A DNA stretch of 64,000 bases from Bdellovibrionales bacterium (GCA_965205945.1 CBDBIB010000003.1:288001-352000), one strand, 5' to 3'; positions 1-10,816 are shown, counted from the first letter of the stretch. Notes: a model not told the origin generated them from the letters alone. A program made the numbers and translations.

Positions 1-2
1 GG

Positions 3-2252
3 CAAATTTATAACTGGTTGGGTTTAAGTGTTGGAACAGTTGTTCATGACCTAGATGATGAACAGAGAAAAAAAAACTATGAAGCCGATATCACTTATGG
101 AACGAATAATGAGTTTGGATTTGATTATTTAAGAGATAATATGAAATTTGATCCTGCAAGTTTTGTTCAAAGAGAGCTAAATTATGCTATAATTGATGAG
201 TGTGATTCAATTTTAATTGATGAGGCTAGAACACCATTGATTATTTCAGGGTCGGCAGAAGATTCTGTAGAAATTTATAAAGAAATTAATAAAATTGTTC
301 CTCATTTAAAAAGAGATGCTCATTTTATAATGGAGGAAAAATCAAAAACAGTTTCGATTACTGATGAGGGAAACACTGCAGTTGAAAAATTTTTAGGTGT
401 GGAAAATGTTTATGATATTCAACATATTGGAAAACTCCACTATATTTACCAAGCTTTAAAAGCTCATTATCTATTTAAAAAAGATGTGGATTATATGATT
501 GTTAAAGATGAAATTGTTATTATTGACGAGTTCACTGGAAGACTCATGGCAGGAAGGCGCTGGAGTGATGGTTTGCACCAAGCTGTTGAAGCAAAAGAAG
601 GTGTTCAAATTAGAAAAGAAAATCAGACACTAGCAACGGTTACTTTTCAGAATTATTTTAGAATGTATAATAAACTTTCTGGAATGACGGGAACGGCAGA
701 AACTGAAGCTGTGGAGTTTCAAAAGATTTATGATCTTGATGTGGTGGTGATTCCTACAAATAAACCAATTACTAGAAAAGATTATAATGATATTATTTAT
801 CAAACTGAGAATGCAAAATTTAAGGCCATTGCAAAAGATGTAAAACAAAGATCAAAGGCAGGACAGCCAACCTTAATTGGTACGGTAAGTATTCAAAGGT
901 CTGAAAAATTAAGTGCTCTACTTAATCGTGAAGGTGTTAAGCACAATGTTTTAAATGCTAAGCAACATGAAAAAGAAGCTGAGTATGTGGCGCAAGCAGG
1001 AGCAAAAGGATCGATCACAATAGCTACAAACATGGCTGGTCGAGGCACCGATATTATGCTTGGTGGAAACCCTGAGTTCTTAGCAAAAAAAGAAACTAGT
1101 CAAGTTCAGGGAGAGGTCTATGAGAAAACTCTTTTTAAGTATGAAAAAATATGCGCTGTTGAAAAACAAGAAGTTATTAAACTTGGAGGGCTTTATATTA
1201 TTGGAACAGAGAGGCATGAAGCTCGTCGAGTAGATAATCAGCTAAGAGGTCGATCTGGAAGGCAGGGTGATCCAGGAGAATCTAGATTCTACCTTTCCTT
1301 AGAAGATGATTTAATGAGAATTTTTAATGGTGAAAGAATGAAAAGTATCATGAAAACTCTTAAAGTTGATGAGGATGAACCTTTAGAGGCTAGAATGGTT
1401 TCAAAAGCTATTGAAAATTCTCAAAAAAAGGTTGAAGGCCATAACTTTGATATAAGAAAACATCTTCTAGATTTTGATGATGTGATGAATCAGCAAAGAG
1501 GAATGATTTATAAGCTTCGACGTGAGGTTCTTGAATATATTGATGTGGACCGTAAGGTTTTAGATATGATGGGGGATAGAACATCTGAAATTCTAGATTT
1601 GTATGTTCCTGATGAGGTTAAAAAAGAAACTTGGGATATTCAGGCCCTTAAAACAGCTTTGGTTAAGCAATTTGGTTTTGAATTAAGCCTTTTAGAGGAT
1701 ATGAGTTTTAATCAAATTACTGATCTAGTGAGTAAGTCTGTAAAGACAAGTTACGATGATCAAAAAAGTAAATTAGGTGATTTATTTCCAAGAATTCAAA
1801 AAATTATATTTCTTCAAACAATTGATATTCAATGGAAAGATCATTTAAAAACTGTGGATCAATTAAAAGAAGGCATTAATTTAAGGGCCTTTGCTCAAAA
1901 AGATCCTTTAGTCGAATATAAAAAAGAAGCCTTTAAAGCCTTTGAAATAATGAATCAACAAATTCAAGCAGAAATCATTGAAAAACTTTTTAAAGTTAGT
2001 GTAGTTGCTCCAGATGCTGTTGATCAGATGCAAATGACAAAAGTGGGTGATTATGATTATGAAGGTCCTGAAAATAGTGAAAGCTTTACTCAAGGGACTC
2101 CTTCAGGCTTAATTCATGGAGTATTAGATAAAAATATTATGGAATCTGGGGCTAATCATAGGGCTAGAGGAAATGATAAACAGAGTTTGTCTAGATCTCA
2201 ACGTAGGAAAATAGAAAAGCAAAGTAGATCAAAAGGAAAAATTAAAATTTAA
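3..2252 (+). CDS. secA: Preprotein translocase ATPase SecA (5'-truncated by window edge)
   Basis: Motifs YGTNNEFGFDYLRDNM, IIDECDSILIDEARTPLIISG, TNMAGRGTDI and QLRGRSGRQGDPG. Frame is open back to the window start. Confidence 0.98.
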   Translation, partial: QIYNWLGLSVGTVVHDLDDEQRKKNYEADITYGTNNEFGFDYLRDNMKFDPASFVQRELNYAIIDECDSILIDEARTPLIISGSAEDSVEIYKEINKIVPHLKRDAHFIMEEKSKTVSITDEGNTAVEKFLGVENVYDIQHIGKLHYIYQALKAHYLFKKDVDYMIVKDEIVIIDEFTGRLMAGRRWSDGLHQAVEAKEGVQIRKENQTLATVTFQNYFRMYNKLSGMTGTAETEAVEFQKIYDLDVVVIPTNKPITRKDYNDIIYQTENAKFKAIAKDVKQRSKAGQPTLIGTVSIQRSEKLSALLNREGVKHNVLNAKQHEKEAEYVAQAGAKGSITIATNMAGRGTDIMLGGNPEFLAKKETSQVQGEVYEKTLFKYEKICAVEKQEVIKLGGLYIIGTERHEARRVDNQLRGRSGRQGDPGESRFYLSLEDDLMRIFNGERMKSIMKTLKVDEDEPLEARMVSKAIENSQKKVEGHNFDIRKHLLDFDDVMNQQRGMIYKLRREVLEYIDVDRKVLDMMGDRTSEILDLYVPDEVKKETWDIQALKTALVKQFGFELSLLEDMSFNQITDLVSKSVKTSYDDQKSKLGDLFPRIQKIIFLQTIDIQWKDHLKTVDQLKEGINLRAFAQKDPLVEYKKEAFKAFEIMNQQIQAEIIEKLFKVSVVAPDAVDQMQMTKVGDYDYEGPENSESFTQGTPSGLIHGVLDKNIMESGANHRARGNDKQSLSRSQRRKIEKQSRSKGKIKI

Positions 2253-2959
2253 TGCCACAATGTCCACAGTGTAATATAGAGCTAGAAGATGATTTTGGAA
2301 TCGTAGATTGTAAGTCATGTGGTGCAGTCTGCTCTGTTGATCTTAACGGTGACATTCAAGTTCAGGATGCACAAATTAAAGAAGGTACTAAACCATATGA
2401 AGATTTTAACGTGACGACTACAGAAGAAGAGTTTAAAGATGAGGCTGAACTTTTAAAAGAAAATCAATCTATAGAAGAAGAGTTTAAAGATGAGGCTGAA
2501 CTTTTAAAAGAAAATCAATCTATTTTTGATGAGGAAGATACGGGTGAAGATTTAAAAAACCTCGTATCTGAAGAAATAAAATTTGATGCTAAAGAGCCAG
2601 CTTTAATGAAGGGGGATAATTTTTTAAAAGATTTAGAATTTTTTATAGAAGAAAGCACTTTTAAAGAGCTTGAGCATGTTTATTATGATTTAAATATTTT
2701 TGAGATTAAAGATTGGGAGATGTTAATTCAAACGTTAGCTGATGAACGTTTGGAAATAACACAAGAGGGTTTAGGTGAACTTAAAAAAGATGATCTAGAT
2801 TTGGTAGTTCCTCAATTGACCTTTTTAAGGCTTTCAGTGGTGTATAAAAAACTTTTGCCTCTTGGTGTTAAAATGTCGTGGGCTTTAAGTGAGGAGCAAC
2901 AGCCTAGAACCCAAGAAGATGGAGAGCAAGACTATGGTGGGAATGATCTAGGGGAGTAA
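2252..2959 (+). CDS. Hypothetical protein with N-terminal zinc ribbon and acidic linker
   Basis: CPQC...CKSC at the N-terminus; start overlaps the secA stop (TAATG). Confidence 0.75.
   Translation: MPQCPQCNIELEDDFGIVDCKSCGAVCSVDLNGDIQVQDAQIKEGTKPYEDFNVTTTEEEFKDEAELLKENQSIEEEFKDEAELLKENQSIFDEEDTGEDLKNLVSEEIKFDAKEPALMKGDNFLKDLEFFIEESTFKELEHVYYDLNIFEIKDWEMLIQTLADERLEITQEGLGELKKDDLDLVVPQLTFLRLSVVYKKLLPLGVKMSWALSEEQQPRTQEDGEQDYGGNDLGE
2422..2523 (+). repeat. Exact 51-bp in-frame tandem duplication (EEEFKDEAELLKENQSI x2)
   Basis: agaagaagagtttaaagatgaggctgaacttttaaaagaaaatcaatctat at 2422 and 2473. Confidence 0.95.
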
Positions 2960-3357
2960 AACTCAGTGAGTTCTTTTTGCGTAAAAGAGCGCTCAAACTT
3001 TGTGTTTATTAAAACACCTTCATTAAAAACTAGGATGTGTTTATAGGTAATTCGACCTTGTGATTTATTAAAGGTTTTTTTTGAGGTTTCATAGACCCAG
3101 TGATCTTGGCCTTTTGTGCGGTATTTTTCCTGAGGCTCATTAAAGCGTTTTAAGACATCTCTTTTAGTCATTCCAATTGATGCATTAAAGATTCTGTTAT
3201 GAAATGACGTGCATCTAAAATTTGCAAAAACAATAAGCAAAAGCACAATTAAACTGATACTGGCTTTCAATACAGAAATTATATTTTTATAAATTGCTGT
3301 AAAAGGTTTTAAAAAGTTAAACATATGTAAAAACCACACTACTTTAAAAAATTGCAT
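2932..3357 (-). CDS. BamE/SmpA-like outer-membrane assembly lipoprotein (true start probably downstream of 3357)
   Basis: Hydrophobic stretch ending in Cys, then IGMTKRDVLKRFNEP...WVY, which resembles the SmpA/OmlA motif GMT..QV...LG.P. Confidence 0.6.
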   Translation of the reverse strand: MQFFKVVWFLHMFNFLKPFTAIYKNIISVLKASISLIVLLLIVFANFRCTSFHNRIFNASIGMTKRDVLKRFNEPQEKYRTKGQDHWVYETSKKTFNKSQGRITYKHILVFNEGVLINTKFERSFTQKELTEFYSPRSFPP

Positions 3358-3447
3358 ATTGCAGCTTTAAGGTGTAACTAACTTACTAGTGTAAAATTAA
3401 TACATAGTTATTGACTATCTTTGTTCACCAACTTTAAAAGGTTCATT

Positions 3448-3993
3448 ATGAGCTCTAAAAACGATCATTATAACAAATCTGGTATGATTATTTTTCTACT
3501 TTCTATGACAGGGTCTGTGTTTTTCTTTATATATGTGGCGTTTATTCACCCAGGAGTTACAGGAATTGATAAAGTCATTGAGCCATTACAGGAGCCAGAA
3601 GTTTTATCCAGGGCAAAAATTAAGGCTGTTGACCCAGAAACTATTAAAAACCCATGGGTTTTTCAGCCTGGCTTAGTGGCAGCGGGGGCTCAAATTTATG
3701 CTTCAACGTGTGCTAGCTGCCACGGTAAGAAAGGTATGGGCGATGGTGTGGCTGCAATTCCAGGTGTTACTAGAAATCTAGTAATAGGGGATTGGAAAGT
3801 TGGAAAAGGAAGTTCTCAAGATTTATTTAAAGTTCTTCAAAAGGGCATTTCTGGGACAACGATGGCTTCTTTTAAAGACACTGTTTCAAAGAATAAAAGA
3901 TGGGCACTTGTTCATTTTATAAGATCAATTACAAGGAACAAAGCTGATGATGATCCTGCAGTTTTGGAGACTTTTGCTAAAACTGCTGAGTAA
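3448..3993 (+). CDS. Membrane-anchored c-type cytochrome
   Basis: N-terminal TM helix, CASCH heme motif and distal Met (GTTMASF). ATG at 3448 has an AAAGG SD. Confidence 0.9.
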   Translation: MSSKNDHYNKSGMIIFLLSMTGSVFFFIYVAFIHPGVTGIDKVIEPLQEPEVLSRAKIKAVDPETIKNPWVFQPGLVAAGAQIYASTCASCHGKKGMGDGVAAIPGVTRNLVIGDWKVGKGSSQDLFKVLQKGISGTTMASFKDTVSKNKRWALVHFIRSITRNKADDDPAVLETFAKTAE

Positions 3994-4811
3994 TGACTAC
4001 AGTTATTCAAGTATTAATTTTTATAGTCTGGAGTTTTTTAAGTTGGGGTGTTGATCCAACTCAAACAGCTTTAACGCCTAAAGAGTTTGAGCGTGTGGGA
4101 ATTGATCAAAGTGTTTTAGGCTCACAACTGTCTACAAATTTAGAATTTGTAGATGAAAAGGGCAACCGTAAACAGCTTAAAAGTTTTTTTCTACAAGGTA
4201 AGCCGTCTTTAATATCAATTGTTTATTATAACTGCCCTGGCTTGTGTGGTCTTCATATGAACGGGGCGGCTACATTATTTAAAGAGTTCTCTTTAAAAGC
4301 TGGTAAAGATTTTAATTGGATTACTATTACAATGGATGCAACAGAAACTCATGATTTAGCTTTAAAAAAGAAACTTAGCTATATTAATCAGTTTAAAGTT
4401 AAAGGAGCTAGTGCGGGTTGGAAATTTCTTACTTCTGATGAGGAAAATATTAAAAAGATCACTAAAGAAATGGGGTTTTCTTTTAAATGGGATGAAAAGA
4501 CAAAGCAGTTTGCACATTCTGCTGCATTTTACGTCATAACTTCAAAGGGAGAAATTTCTCAAATTATTCCCGGCATCGGGTTTGATGAGCAAACTGTTAG
4601 GTTATCTTTAGTTCAAGCTGCTGGAGGCTCCATTGGCACTGTAATAGATCAGATCCTATTATTTTGCTATCAGTTTGATCCAACTAAAAATAAGTACGGG
4701 CTGTATGCATTTAATCTTATGCGTATAGCTGGTGCTTTGACAGTTTTAGTTTTAGGTATCATTTTAATTCCTTTGTGGAAGAAGGAAAGTTCTAGGGGTG
4801 GCAACACATGA
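3993..4811 (+). CDS. SCO1/SenC family copper chaperone
   Basis: YYNCPGLC (CxxxC) plus FAHSAA His; immediately upstream of coxB. Confidence 0.92.
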   Translation: MTTVIQVLIFIVWSFLSWGVDPTQTALTPKEFERVGIDQSVLGSQLSTNLEFVDEKGNRKQLKSFFLQGKPSLISIVYYNCPGLCGLHMNGAATLFKEFSLKAGKDFNWITITMDATETHDLALKKKLSYINQFKVKGASAGWKFLTSDEENIKKITKEMGFSFKWDEKTKQFAHSAAFYVITSKGEISQIIPGIGFDEQTVRLSLVQAAGGSIGTVIDQILLFCYQFDPTKNKYGLYAFNLMRIAGALTVLVLGIILIPLWKKESSRGGNT

Positions 4812-5794
4812 AAAAGCTTTTATTAATGGTAGTGTCAGTAGTTACTAGTGCACAAGTATTTGCAACAGGACAAATGCCACTCCAGGCTAATAAATATGCT
4901 ACAAAAGTAGATAGTTTATATAATTTCTTATTAATTGTAAGCTTAATTTCTTGTATTCTTGTAATTGGTGGAATGATTTTTTTTGTTGTTAAATACAAGA
5001 GAAAAACTGCTGATGATGATACCCCTTATATTTCACACAATAGCACTTTAGAGTTTTTATGGAGTTTTATTCCATTTTTAATTTTTTTATTTGTATTTGT
5101 CTGGGGGTGGAAGCTTTTTCATGAGACAAAAACATATCCTAAAAATGCTTTTGAAATTCATGTTTTTGGGCGTCAGTGGAGTTGGGATTTTCAGTATAAA
5201 AGTGGGAAAATGACAACAAATGAGTTTGTGGTTCCTATTGGTAAACCTATTAAGCTTATTCTAACATCAACTGACGTTCTTCACTCATTTTTTATTCCTT
5301 CCATGAGAATCAAGCAAGACGTGGTTCCAGGAATGTATTTAGCAATGTGGTTTCAGGCAGATAAGGAAGGTGAATTCCAAATTTTTTGTACTGAATACTG
5401 TGGTAAAAACCATTCTAGAATGCATGCAAAACTTAAAGTTGTTTCACAAATTGAGTTTGAAGAATGGTTAGCTAACGATCCAATGAAGAAATACGAAGGA
5501 ATGGGGCTTGTTCAAAGAGGTAAGATGGTTGCTAAAGAGAAAGCTTGTACTGTATGCCACAGTTTTATAGAAGATAAGGTTTTAGTGGGTCCATCTTTAA
5601 AAGGTGCTTTTGGGCAGATTAGGGAATTAACAGATGGTTCAAAGGTTAAATTTGATGAGGCTTATATTATTGAAAGTATTAAAAAGCCTCAGGATAAGAA
5701 ACCTGTAGGTTTTAAAAATGGGGTTATGTCCTTAGTTCCTATAAGTGATCAAGAAATTTCTTGGATCATTGAATATATAAAATCAAACAAGTAA
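4808..5794 (+). CDS. coxB: Cytochrome c oxidase subunit II with fused cytochrome c (caa3 type)
   Basis: DVLHSF and CTEYCGKNHSRM CuA ligands; C-terminal CTVCH. Confidence 0.97.
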   Translation: MKKLLLMVVSVVTSAQVFATGQMPLQANKYATKVDSLYNFLLIVSLISCILVIGGMIFFVVKYKRKTADDDTPYISHNSTLEFLWSFIPFLIFLFVFVWGWKLFHETKTYPKNAFEIHVFGRQWSWDFQYKSGKMTTNEFVVPIGKPIKLILTSTDVLHSFFIPSMRIKQDVVPGMYLAMWFQADKEGEFQIFCTEYCGKNHSRMHAKLKVVSQIEFEEWLANDPMKKYEGMGLVQRGKMVAKEKACTVCHSFIEDKVLVGPSLKGAFGQIRELTDGSKVKFDEAYIIESIKKPQDKKPVGFKNGVMSLVPISDQEISWIIEYIKSNK

Positions 5795-5807
5795 AGGAGA
5801 GCTTTAG

Positions 5808-7385
5808 ATGCCTCAACTGGGCCAAAATTATTTAAATCATGAAAAAGGCTTATGGTCTTGGTTAACTACTTTAGATCATAAAAAGATTGGGATTATGTAC
5901 ATGATTGCAGTGTTTATTTTCTTTTTTATTGGCGGAGTTTTTGCAATGCTTATTAGGCTTGAACTTTTTAATGCAGACCCATTATTTCAAGCACAAACAT
6001 ATAATCAGATGATGACATATCATGGGGCGATTATGACCTTTATGGTTATTATTCCAGGGATTCCTGCATTTATTGGGAATTTTATTCTTCCACTTTTAAT
6101 TGGTGCAAAAGATGTAGCCTTTCCAAGAGTTAATTTGATGAGTTGGTACTGCTTAATAGTGGGTGCTGCAATTTCTTTTGCAACATTATTTTTTACAGGA
6201 ATTGATACAGGCTGGACTTTTTATACTCCCTACTCCATTCAAACAAGTGGGACTGTTTTAATGGTTTTAGGAGCTTTTGTAATGGGATTTTCGTCTATTC
6301 TTACAGGGCTTAATTTTATTGTAACGGTTCACAAGCTAAGAGCTCCAGGAATGGATTTTTTTAAGATGCCTTTAATGGTCTGGGCTTTATACTCAACTGC
6401 TATTATTCAGGTATTGGCAACTCCAGTACTAGCAATTACACTTTTTTTACTAGCTTGTGAGAGTATTTTTGGAGTAGGTATATTTGATCCAGCTCTTGGA
6501 GGTGATCCTGTATTGTTTCAACACTTTTTTTGGTTTTATTCTCACCCAGCTGTTTACATTATGATTTTACCAGCAATGGGTATTATTTCAGAAATTATCA
6601 CCACTTTTTCAAAAAAGACAATTTTTGGTTATAAGGCTATTGCTTTTTCAAGTCTTGGTATTGCTGCTGTAAGTTTCTTTGTTTGGGGTCACCATATGTT
6701 TGTTAGTGGGCAATCTCAACTTGCAGGTGTTGTATTCTCATTTATTACAATGTTAGTGGGTGTTCCTACGGCAATTAAAACATTTAACTGGGTTGCTACA
6801 ATGTATAAGGGATCAATTCAATTAAGAAGCCCGATGCTTTTTGCTTTAGGCTTTTTGTTTCTTTTTACGATTGGTGGTGTTACAGGAATTATGTTGGCCG
6901 TTTTAGCTGTTGATGTTCATTTTCATGATACGTATTTTGTTGTTGCTCATTTTCACTATGTAATGGTTGGTGGAACATTAATGGCAATTATGGGTGGGGT
7001 TTATTATTGGCTTCCAAAAATGTTTGGGAAAATGTATAATGAGTTTGGTGCACAGATTTCGTTTTTATTTATTTTTTTGGGTTTTAATATCACATTTTTC
7101 CCACAGTTTATTTTAGGCTCTCAGGGTATGCCAAGAAGATATCATGAGTACCTTGCCGCATTTGAATCTTTAAATAGGATTTCAAGCATAGGTGCATGGA
7201 CAATTGGTGTGGGTTTTTTAGTAGGCCTTATAGTTATCTTACAGTGTATTTTAAAAGGGGAGAAGGCACCAAAAAATCCATGGGGTGGTAAGACTCTTGA
7301 ATGGGAGGCTGAATCTCCGCCCATTCATGAAAACTTTGAAAAGCAACCAGTGGTCAACGCCGGCCCTTATGAGTATGGAAGGTAA
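5808..7385 (+). CDS. coxA: Cytochrome c oxidase subunit I, A2 type
   Basis: [18 protein letters not shown] (YS motif marks type A2), VWGHHM and VVAHFHY. Confidence 0.98.
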   Translation: MPQLGQNYLNHEKGLWSWLTTLDHKKIGIMYMIAVFIFFFIGGVFAMLIRLELFNADPLFQAQTYNQMMTYHGAIMTFMVIIPGIPAFIGNFILPLLIGAKDVAFPRVNLMSWYCLIVGAAISFATLFFTGIDTGWTFYTPYSIQTSGTVLMVLGAFVMGFSSILTGLNFIVTVHKLRAPGMDFFKMPLMVWALYSTAIIQVLATPVLAITLFLLACESIFGVGIFDPALGGDPVLFQHFFWFYSHPAVYIMILPAMGIISEIITTFSKKTIFGYKAIAFSSLGIAAVSFFVWGHHMFVSGQSQLAGVVFSFITMLVGVPTAIKTFNWVATMYKGSIQLRSPMLFALGFLFLFTIGGVTGIMLAVLAVDVHFHDTYFVVAHFHYVMVGGTLMAIMGGVYYWLPKMFGKMYNEFGAQISFLFIFLGFNITFFPQFILGSQGMPRRYHEYLAAFESLNRISSIGAWTIGVGFLVGLIVILQCILKGEKAPKNPWGGKTLEWEAESPPIHENFEKQPVVNAGPYEYGR

Positions 7386-7392
7386 TTAGTAT

Positions 7393-8088
7393 ATGTCTAA
7401 ACATCATCATGCACATCATTTTAATAGCGCAGAACATGAGTTTGAATCTAGTAAGTTTGGTGTTTGGATTTTTTTATGTACAGAAATACTTATGTTTGGT
7501 GGCTTGTTTGTTGGTTATATTCTTTACTCAAGTAAATACCCTGAAGTATTTAAAGCTGGGTCTAAGTTTTTAGATTGGAGGCTTGGAGCTGTTAATACAA
7601 TCGTTCTTTTATTAAGTTCATTCACAATTGCAGTTTCTATTAGAAACCTTCAGTTAGGTCAGAAACAAGCAGCCATGAGAAATATGATTATTACATTAGT
7701 TTGTGGCTTAGTCTTTATGGGAATTAAAGGCTATGAATATCAACATAAATTTCATTTAGGCTTGTACCCAGGCAAGTATTTTAACTATAATCTAGATCAT
7801 GATACACAGAGTTTAACTGATGTAGTTTCCGGTGAGCATAGTGGAACTGTTTACATGGATAAACTTCCAGAAAATATTGGAATGTACTTTGCCTTTTATT
7901 TTATTATGACGGGGATTCATGGAACTCATGTTTTAATCGGTATGGCCTTGATTTTGTGGTGCCTTCTTAGAGCTAGAAAAGATGAGTTTGGACCAGAGTA
8001 CTATACACCTGTAGAAGGTTCAGCACTCTTTTGGCATTTGGTTGATTTAGTTTGGATTTATTTGTTCCCGTTACTTTATTTAATATAG
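7393..8088 (+). CDS. coxC: Cytochrome c oxidase subunit III
   Basis: FLCTEILMFGGLF, TGIHGTHV and FWHLVDLVW. Confidence 0.96.
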   Translation: MSKHHHAHHFNSAEHEFESSKFGVWIFLCTEILMFGGLFVGYILYSSKYPEVFKAGSKFLDWRLGAVNTIVLLLSSFTIAVSIRNLQLGQKQAAMRNMIITLVCGLVFMGIKGYEYQHKFHLGLYPGKYFNYNLDHDTQSLTDVVSGEHSGTVYMDKLPENIGMYFAFYFIMTGIHGTHVLIGMALILWCLLRARKDEFGPEYYTPVEGSALFWHLVDLVWIYLFPLLYLI

Positions 8089-8112
8089 AGTTAAGAAATA
8101 GAGGAGTTTTAT

Positions 8113-8418
8113 ATGGCTATAGGCGGACATCAAGTTTTACCAATGAAGCTTTACATTAACGTATTTATAGTGCTGTTGATTTTTACTGCAATTACAGTTT
8201 TGGTGGCACAATTTGATTTTGGCATAATGAATGGTGTTGTTGCTATGGCTGTAGCAAGTGTAAAAGCAGTTTTAGTTGCTTTGTATTTTATGCATTTAAA
8301 ATATGATGATAAAAGTAACGCTGTTTGTTTGATCGGTGCATTCTTTTTTTTAATTGTAATGTTTATATTCATTGCTCTTGATGTTGGATCTAGAGCTGTT
8401 CATGTAAATACCTTGTAG
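8113..8418 (+). CDS. coxD: Cytochrome c oxidase subunit IV
   Basis: Three TM helices, KAVLVALYFMHLKY motif, operon position. Confidence 0.92.
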   Translation: MAIGGHQVLPMKLYINVFIVLLIFTAITVLVAQFDFGIMNGVVAMAVASVKAVLVALYFMHLKYDDKSNAVCLIGAFFFLIVMFIFIALDVGSRAVHVNTL

Positions 8419-8444
8419 ATGGAGACGGTCTGCTTTATAAAATA

Positions 8445-9326
8445 ATGAATACAATTATATTACTTTGTAAATCATATCAATCTTTGACTAAGTCAGGGAT
8501 TGTTTTGTTTGTCTTAGTAGTCGGTCTTTGTGGCTATATCATGGGCATGCCTGTAGGAAGGGGTGCTGACTTTAATTTCTTACTTACTTTTATTTTTGGT
8601 CTTTATACTTTAAGCTCTGGAAGCTTAGCTTTAAATCAGGCTCAAGAAATTAATTTAGATAAGAAGATGGATCGAACTCAAAATAGACCTATAGTTTCAG
8701 GTGTTTTTTCTAGAACACAGGGTTTTTTAATCTCAGTACTACTTATATTAATAGGACTGTCTTTTTTGGCGTTGGTAAATATTAGGTCAGCATTTGCAGG
8801 GCTTTTAACAGTATTTCTTTATAATGTGGTATATACATATTTTTGGAAAAAAAAATGGGCATTTGCAGCTGTGCCAGGCGCCATTCCAGGTGCATTTCCT
8901 CCGGTGATTGGGTATTTAGCGCATGAAGGTGCGAGTTGGAATGACCCACAATTGTTTTATCTTTTTGTATTGTTATTTTTGTGGCAAATGCCACATTTTT
9001 GGATTTTAGCGATTAAATTTAAAGATGATTATAGTAAGGCTGGTGTGCCAGTTCTTCCTTTAAAAGTTGGAAATGAAAATACAAAATTTTATATGGGAAT
9101 GTATTTGTTTTGTTATTTAGGTTTGGCTTTTATGGCACCCTTGTTCGTTTTTTCAGGTGTGATTTCAACCATAGCTATTTGGAGTTTTGTCTTGTTAGTA
9201 CTCGTAACGTTTATTCGTTATATAAAAAAAGAAGAAAAATGGCTTCTCTTTTTTTTAACATTAAATTTTTCAATATTAGTATTTAGTTTGGTTCCTGCAA
9301 TAAGTATAATGAAATATTACCTTTAG
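8445..9326 (+). CDS. cyoE: Protoheme IX farnesyltransferase (heme O synthase)
   Basis: NQAQE..LDKKMDRTQNRPI, GAIPGAFPP and LFLWQMPHFW. Confidence 0.95.
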   Translation: MNTIILLCKSYQSLTKSGIVLFVLVVGLCGYIMGMPVGRGADFNFLLTFIFGLYTLSSGSLALNQAQEINLDKKMDRTQNRPIVSGVFSRTQGFLISVLLILIGLSFLALVNIRSAFAGLLTVFLYNVVYTYFWKKKWAFAAVPGAIPGAFPPVIGYLAHEGASWNDPQLFYLFVLLFLWQMPHFWILAIKFKDDYSKAGVPVLPLKVGNENTKFYMGMYLFCYLGLAFMAPLFVFSGVISTIAIWSFVLLVLVTFIRYIKKEEKWLLFFLTLNFSILVFSLVPAISIMKYYL

Positions 9327-9575
9327 GGTTTAATGAGTAGGATACTTTTTAACTATATTAGTTAAGAGTTTTTATAGTTTATGTTATCGTTTATGCGGTT
9401 TTAATTGTATTTTCTCAATTTGAAAAAGAAACTAAAGTATTTAATTATTATAAGTTTAAATTTTTTTCTTCTAAGATTTTTAAATATAATCAAGAGCTAA
9501 TGAGCCAATCAGCTTGAATATTATGATTTTGGTACTAGATTTTTGACTTAAAATAATTCATTTCAATCTTGCAAT

Positions 9576-9960
9576 GTAAACGCCCTAAAACAGACCCCCT
9601 ATGAATTCTTGTGTAGAAAGTTTATAAGAGGCCTCCTTAAACAGAAGGCGTGTAATGTTAAAAAAGAACTTAGCTACAACAAAAAAAGATCAATTTTGGA
9701 TAGGTCATGTTAAAAAAGCACAAGCCTTTAAAGGCAGCAATCTAGAGTACTGTAAATTAAACAATTATTTTGAATTCTTTGTTATAGTGTTTATGTTTTC
9801 TTTTCTCTGACATTTTCTCATCCCTTTCAGCCTCTTTTAGGGCTACATAGGAGCTTCTAATCTGTCTACTTTTTTGGGGAAGTCCAAGGTGCTGAAGCCT
9901 CGTCAATACTCTATTCACTTTTAGTGACCATAAAGTTGAATAAAAAAGACCCCAAAAGAC
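9576..9960 (+). mobile_element. IS66-family remnant (left end, tnpA fragment, tnpC C-terminal fragment)
   Basis: GTAAACGCCC terminus. ATG 9655 reads MLKKNLATTKKDQFWIGHVKKAQAFKGSNLEYCKLNN (TnpA-like). About 9887-9955 reads GAEASSILYSLLVTIKLNKKDP (IS66 C-terminal motif). Confidence 0.7.
9863..9886 (+). mobile_element. Isolated right inverted repeat of a canonical IS3-family element
   Basis: tgtctacttttttggggaagtcca ends in CA and resembles IS3/IS150 right ends; nested inside the IS66 remnant. Confidence 0.5.
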
Positions 9961-10010
9961 TGGAAGGCTCTAGCAGATTTAATTTTGCATTCATAGAGGG
10001 GCAGTTTAGG

Positions 10011-10201
10011 CTAACTTTTACCCACAAATAGGTCTAGGTTTTATAATTTTAAAATCAAAATAATATTAAACTCCAAATTGATTTTAAGAATTGGAGTTTT
10101 TGTGAATATTAAAAATGAATTTAAAAATGCTCAACTTGGTGATAAACGACTTAACCACAGACTTGAATACCTTGCTGAGGCTTTGAGTAAAAATAATGGT
10201 G
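10011..10201 (+). mobile_element. IS4-family (IS50/Tn5-like) left end and truncated transposase
   Basis: ctaacttttacccacaaat matches the IS50 outside end CTGACTCTTATACACAAGT at 14/19. Downstream reads VNIKNEFKNAQLGDKRLNHRLEYLAEALSKNNGA (Tn5-type DNA-binding motif LGDKRL) and is cut by the next IS. Confidence 0.8.
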
Positions 10202-10315
10202 CCCTCGGTTTTTGGATAGTTGGGACCTGAGAGAAAAATTAATTATTTAAAATTCAGTTTAACTTTTGAAATCCACTTTATTTAAACAATATCAGGGGCT
10301 TAAAAAGGAAAACAT

Positions 10316-10816
10316 ATGAAAAACAATAACCTCAATAAAACTTATAATGAAAACTTTAAACTCAACGCTGTGAAAAAATTACTCGCTGACAAAAAAGGAC
10401 TCACTTACACCGCTAGTAAACTTAACATTGCCTCTTTAACCCTCTATGGATGGAAGAAAAAATATGCTAATTTAAATTCTATGACCCACAGCAACAGCAA
10501 TAAAAAACTCTCTCTTGAAGACAAACTTAACTTTATTAAAAAAACTCAATCTTTAAATGAAAACGAACTTGGAAAATTTCTTAGAGAAAATGGACTTAAC
10601 TCTTCAGACCTTATTAATTTTGAAAAAGAATTACTTGGACAAAATCCTGTTGGAAGACCTTCACTTGATCCTGAAATTAAAACTTTAAGGAAAGATAAAA
10701 TAAACTTAGAAAGATCTTTAAATCGAGCTGAAAAAGCTCTAGCTGAACAGTCTGCTAGAATCATCTTGTTAAAAAAAAGCCACGAGATCTGGGGGGTCAA
10801 AGAGGACGAAGATTAA
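10316..10816 (+). CDS. IS3-like transposase OrfA (HTH)
   Basis: HTH (..TLYGWKKKY), coiled coil, ends LLKKSHEIWG. Confidence 0.9.
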   Translation: MKNNNLNKTYNENFKLNAVKKLLADKKGLTYTASKLNIASLTLYGWKKKYANLNSMTHSNSNKKLSLEDKLNFIKKTQSLNENELGKFLRENGLNSSDLINFEKELLGQNPVGRPSLDPEIKTLRKDKINLERSLNRAEKALAEQSARIILLKKSHEIWGVKEDED

